Part shown: positions 63,036 to 64,000 of the stretch, piece by piece
Position numbering within the stretch: position 1 is the first letter of the stretch
Layout: every line of letters begins with the position of its first letter
Assembly (NCBI GenBank): GCA_963702475.1
Contig: CAVPCT010000009.1
Span: forward strand, 64,001 to 128,000
Length of the DNA: 64,000 nt
Direction of reading: 5' to 3'
Source: an uncultured Thermoleophilia bacterium
GTDB taxonomy: Bacteria > Actinomycetota > Thermoleophilia > UBA2241
Made by a program: the position numbers and the translations under genes
Notes under the pieces: model-generated
The model's input: only the letters and a program-made list of their open reading frames with translations
What the model was told of the DNA's origin: nothing
Databases searched by the model: none

Positions 63036-63628
63036 GCCGCCCGACGTTCAACATCCTCATCTCCGGCGTCGGCGGCCAGGGCGTGGTGCTGGCCAGCTAC
63101 GTGCTCAGCCAGTCGGCCCTGGCCGAGGGCTACGACGTCAAGCAGAGCGAGGTCCACGGCATGGCCCAGCGCGGCGGCTGCGTCACGAGCCACCTGCGCT
63201 TCGGCGACAAGGTCTACAACTCGCTGATCACCCCCGGCACGGCCGACGTGCTGCTCTCGTTCGAGTCGGTCGAGGCCATGCGCTACATCAACTGGCTCAA
63301 GCCGGGCGGCCTGCTCGTCTACAACATGACGCGGGTGAACCCGAGCACGGTGTCGTCCGGCGAGCTGGAGTACCCGGCCGGCCTGGCGGAGCGCATCGCC
63401 GAGGCGTGGCCCAACACGCGTGCCCTGGACGCGAGCGCCCTGGCCGCCGAGGCCGGCACCTTCAAGGCGGCCAACGTGGTGATGCTCGGCGCCATGGCGA
63501 GCGCCCTGCCGTTCAAGCCGGAGACCATGGAGGGCATCATCCGGCGCTCGGTGCCACCCAAGACGATCGACGTGAACCTCAGGGCGTTCGAGCTCGGCCG
63601 CAGCGTCGGGGCCGAGGTCGGCGCCTGA
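63032..63628 (+). CDS. iorB: Indolepyruvate:ferredoxin oxidoreductase beta subunit
   Basis: GVGGQG, SEVHGMAQRGG, ANVVMLG and NLRAFELG motifs. Confidence 0.95.
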   Translation: MSRPTFNILISGVGGQGVVLASYVLSQSALAEGYDVKQSEVHGMAQRGGCVTSHLRFGDKVYNSLITPGTADVLLSFESVEAMRYINWLKPGGLLVYNMTRVNPSTVSSGELEYPAGLAERIAEAWPNTRALDASALAAEAGTFKAANVVMLGAMASALPFKPETMEGIIRRSVPPKTIDVNLRAFELGRSVGAEVGA

Positions 63629-63638
63629 GAGGCGCGAG

Positions 63639-64000
63639 GTGACCGGACGCGTGGGCGGCGACGGCTCTCTTCCGTTGCCGTCGCCGGTTGCTCCCCACCA
63701 CGTCGGCATCAGCGTCGCCGACCTGGAGGAGTCGATCGACTGGTACGAGCGCGTGCTGGGCTTTCGGCTGGAGGCCGTCGTCGCCGTGCCCGAGGACGAC
63801 GGCCGGGTGGCCATGCTCGAACAGGGCGGCTTTCGTGTGGAGCTGTTCGAGATCCCCGGCGCGGCGGCGCTGCCGCCTGCGCGCCGGGAGGCCGGGAGCG
63901 ACCTGCGCACGCACGGCGTGAAGCATCTTGCGTATGAAGTGAGCGATATCGAGGCACACGCCGAGCGGCTGCGCGCCCTCGGCGTGGACATCGTGTGGGA
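63639..64000 (+). CDS. VOC (glyoxalase/epimerase) family protein, truncated by window end
   Basis: HHVGISVADLEESIDWYERVLGF..VELFE..GVKHLAYEV; absent from the ORF track because it has no stop in the window. Confidence 0.85.
   Translation, partial: MTGRVGGDGSLPLPSPVAPHHVGISVADLEESIDWYERVLGFRLEAVVAVPEDDGRVAMLEQGGFRVELFEIPGAAALPPARREAGSDLRTHGVKHLAYEVSDIEAHAERLRALGVDIVW

Noticed and set aside
61178-63628. 816-aa IorA-IorB fusion
   Set aside because: Artefact of a frameshift near 62112; the IorA C-terminus is in another frame ending at 63035 and iorB has its own RBS and ATG
1-64000. CRISPR arrays, tRNA/rRNA, IS elements, integrases, FMN riboswitch
   Set aside because: No regularly spaced repeats, RNA gene signatures or transposase/integrase motifs were seen; the rib operon leader lies outside the window

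Overview
High-GC (roughly 70%) bacterial DNA. Gene style suggests an anaerobic actinobacterium (e.g. Thermoleophilia-like), which is inference only. Many genes carry single-base frameshifts, most consistent with uncorrected long-read errors. Layout: (1) end of a riboflavin operon (ribE-ribBA-ribH, 1-2044). (2) A GntR/TetR-associated locus (2.2-21.9 kb) pairing two non-pyrrolysine MttB-family methyltransferases with a GGT-fold hydrolase that has Ser at the nucleophile position, an S9 peptidase, two paralogous amidohydrolases, an alpha/beta hydrolase and an Opp/Dpp-type ABC importer with two binding proteins. (3) A large anaerobic catabolic island (22-57 kb) with three IclR paralogues, AOR, SDR, thiolase, two cyclase-family hydrolases, a class III CoA-transferase, a DUF35/SCP2-thiolase pair, enoyl-CoA hydratase, a class III aminotransferase, MoaF, a Liv-type ABC importer, a cupin-like protein, three pyrogallol-transhydroxylase-like Mo enzymes with two small subunits, and an acetylene-hydratase-clade Mo/W enzyme with FeS and NrfD-type partners. 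A recurring YGATA-N6-TAYCA palindrome sits at five of its promoters. (4) An MNT-HEPN pair, a FadR-type regulator, a domain-swapped ADP-forming acyl-CoA synthetase, iorAB and a truncated VOC protein. No rRNA, tRNA, CRISPR array or transposase was seen. Comparisons to reference proteins are from memory and need alignment to confirm.
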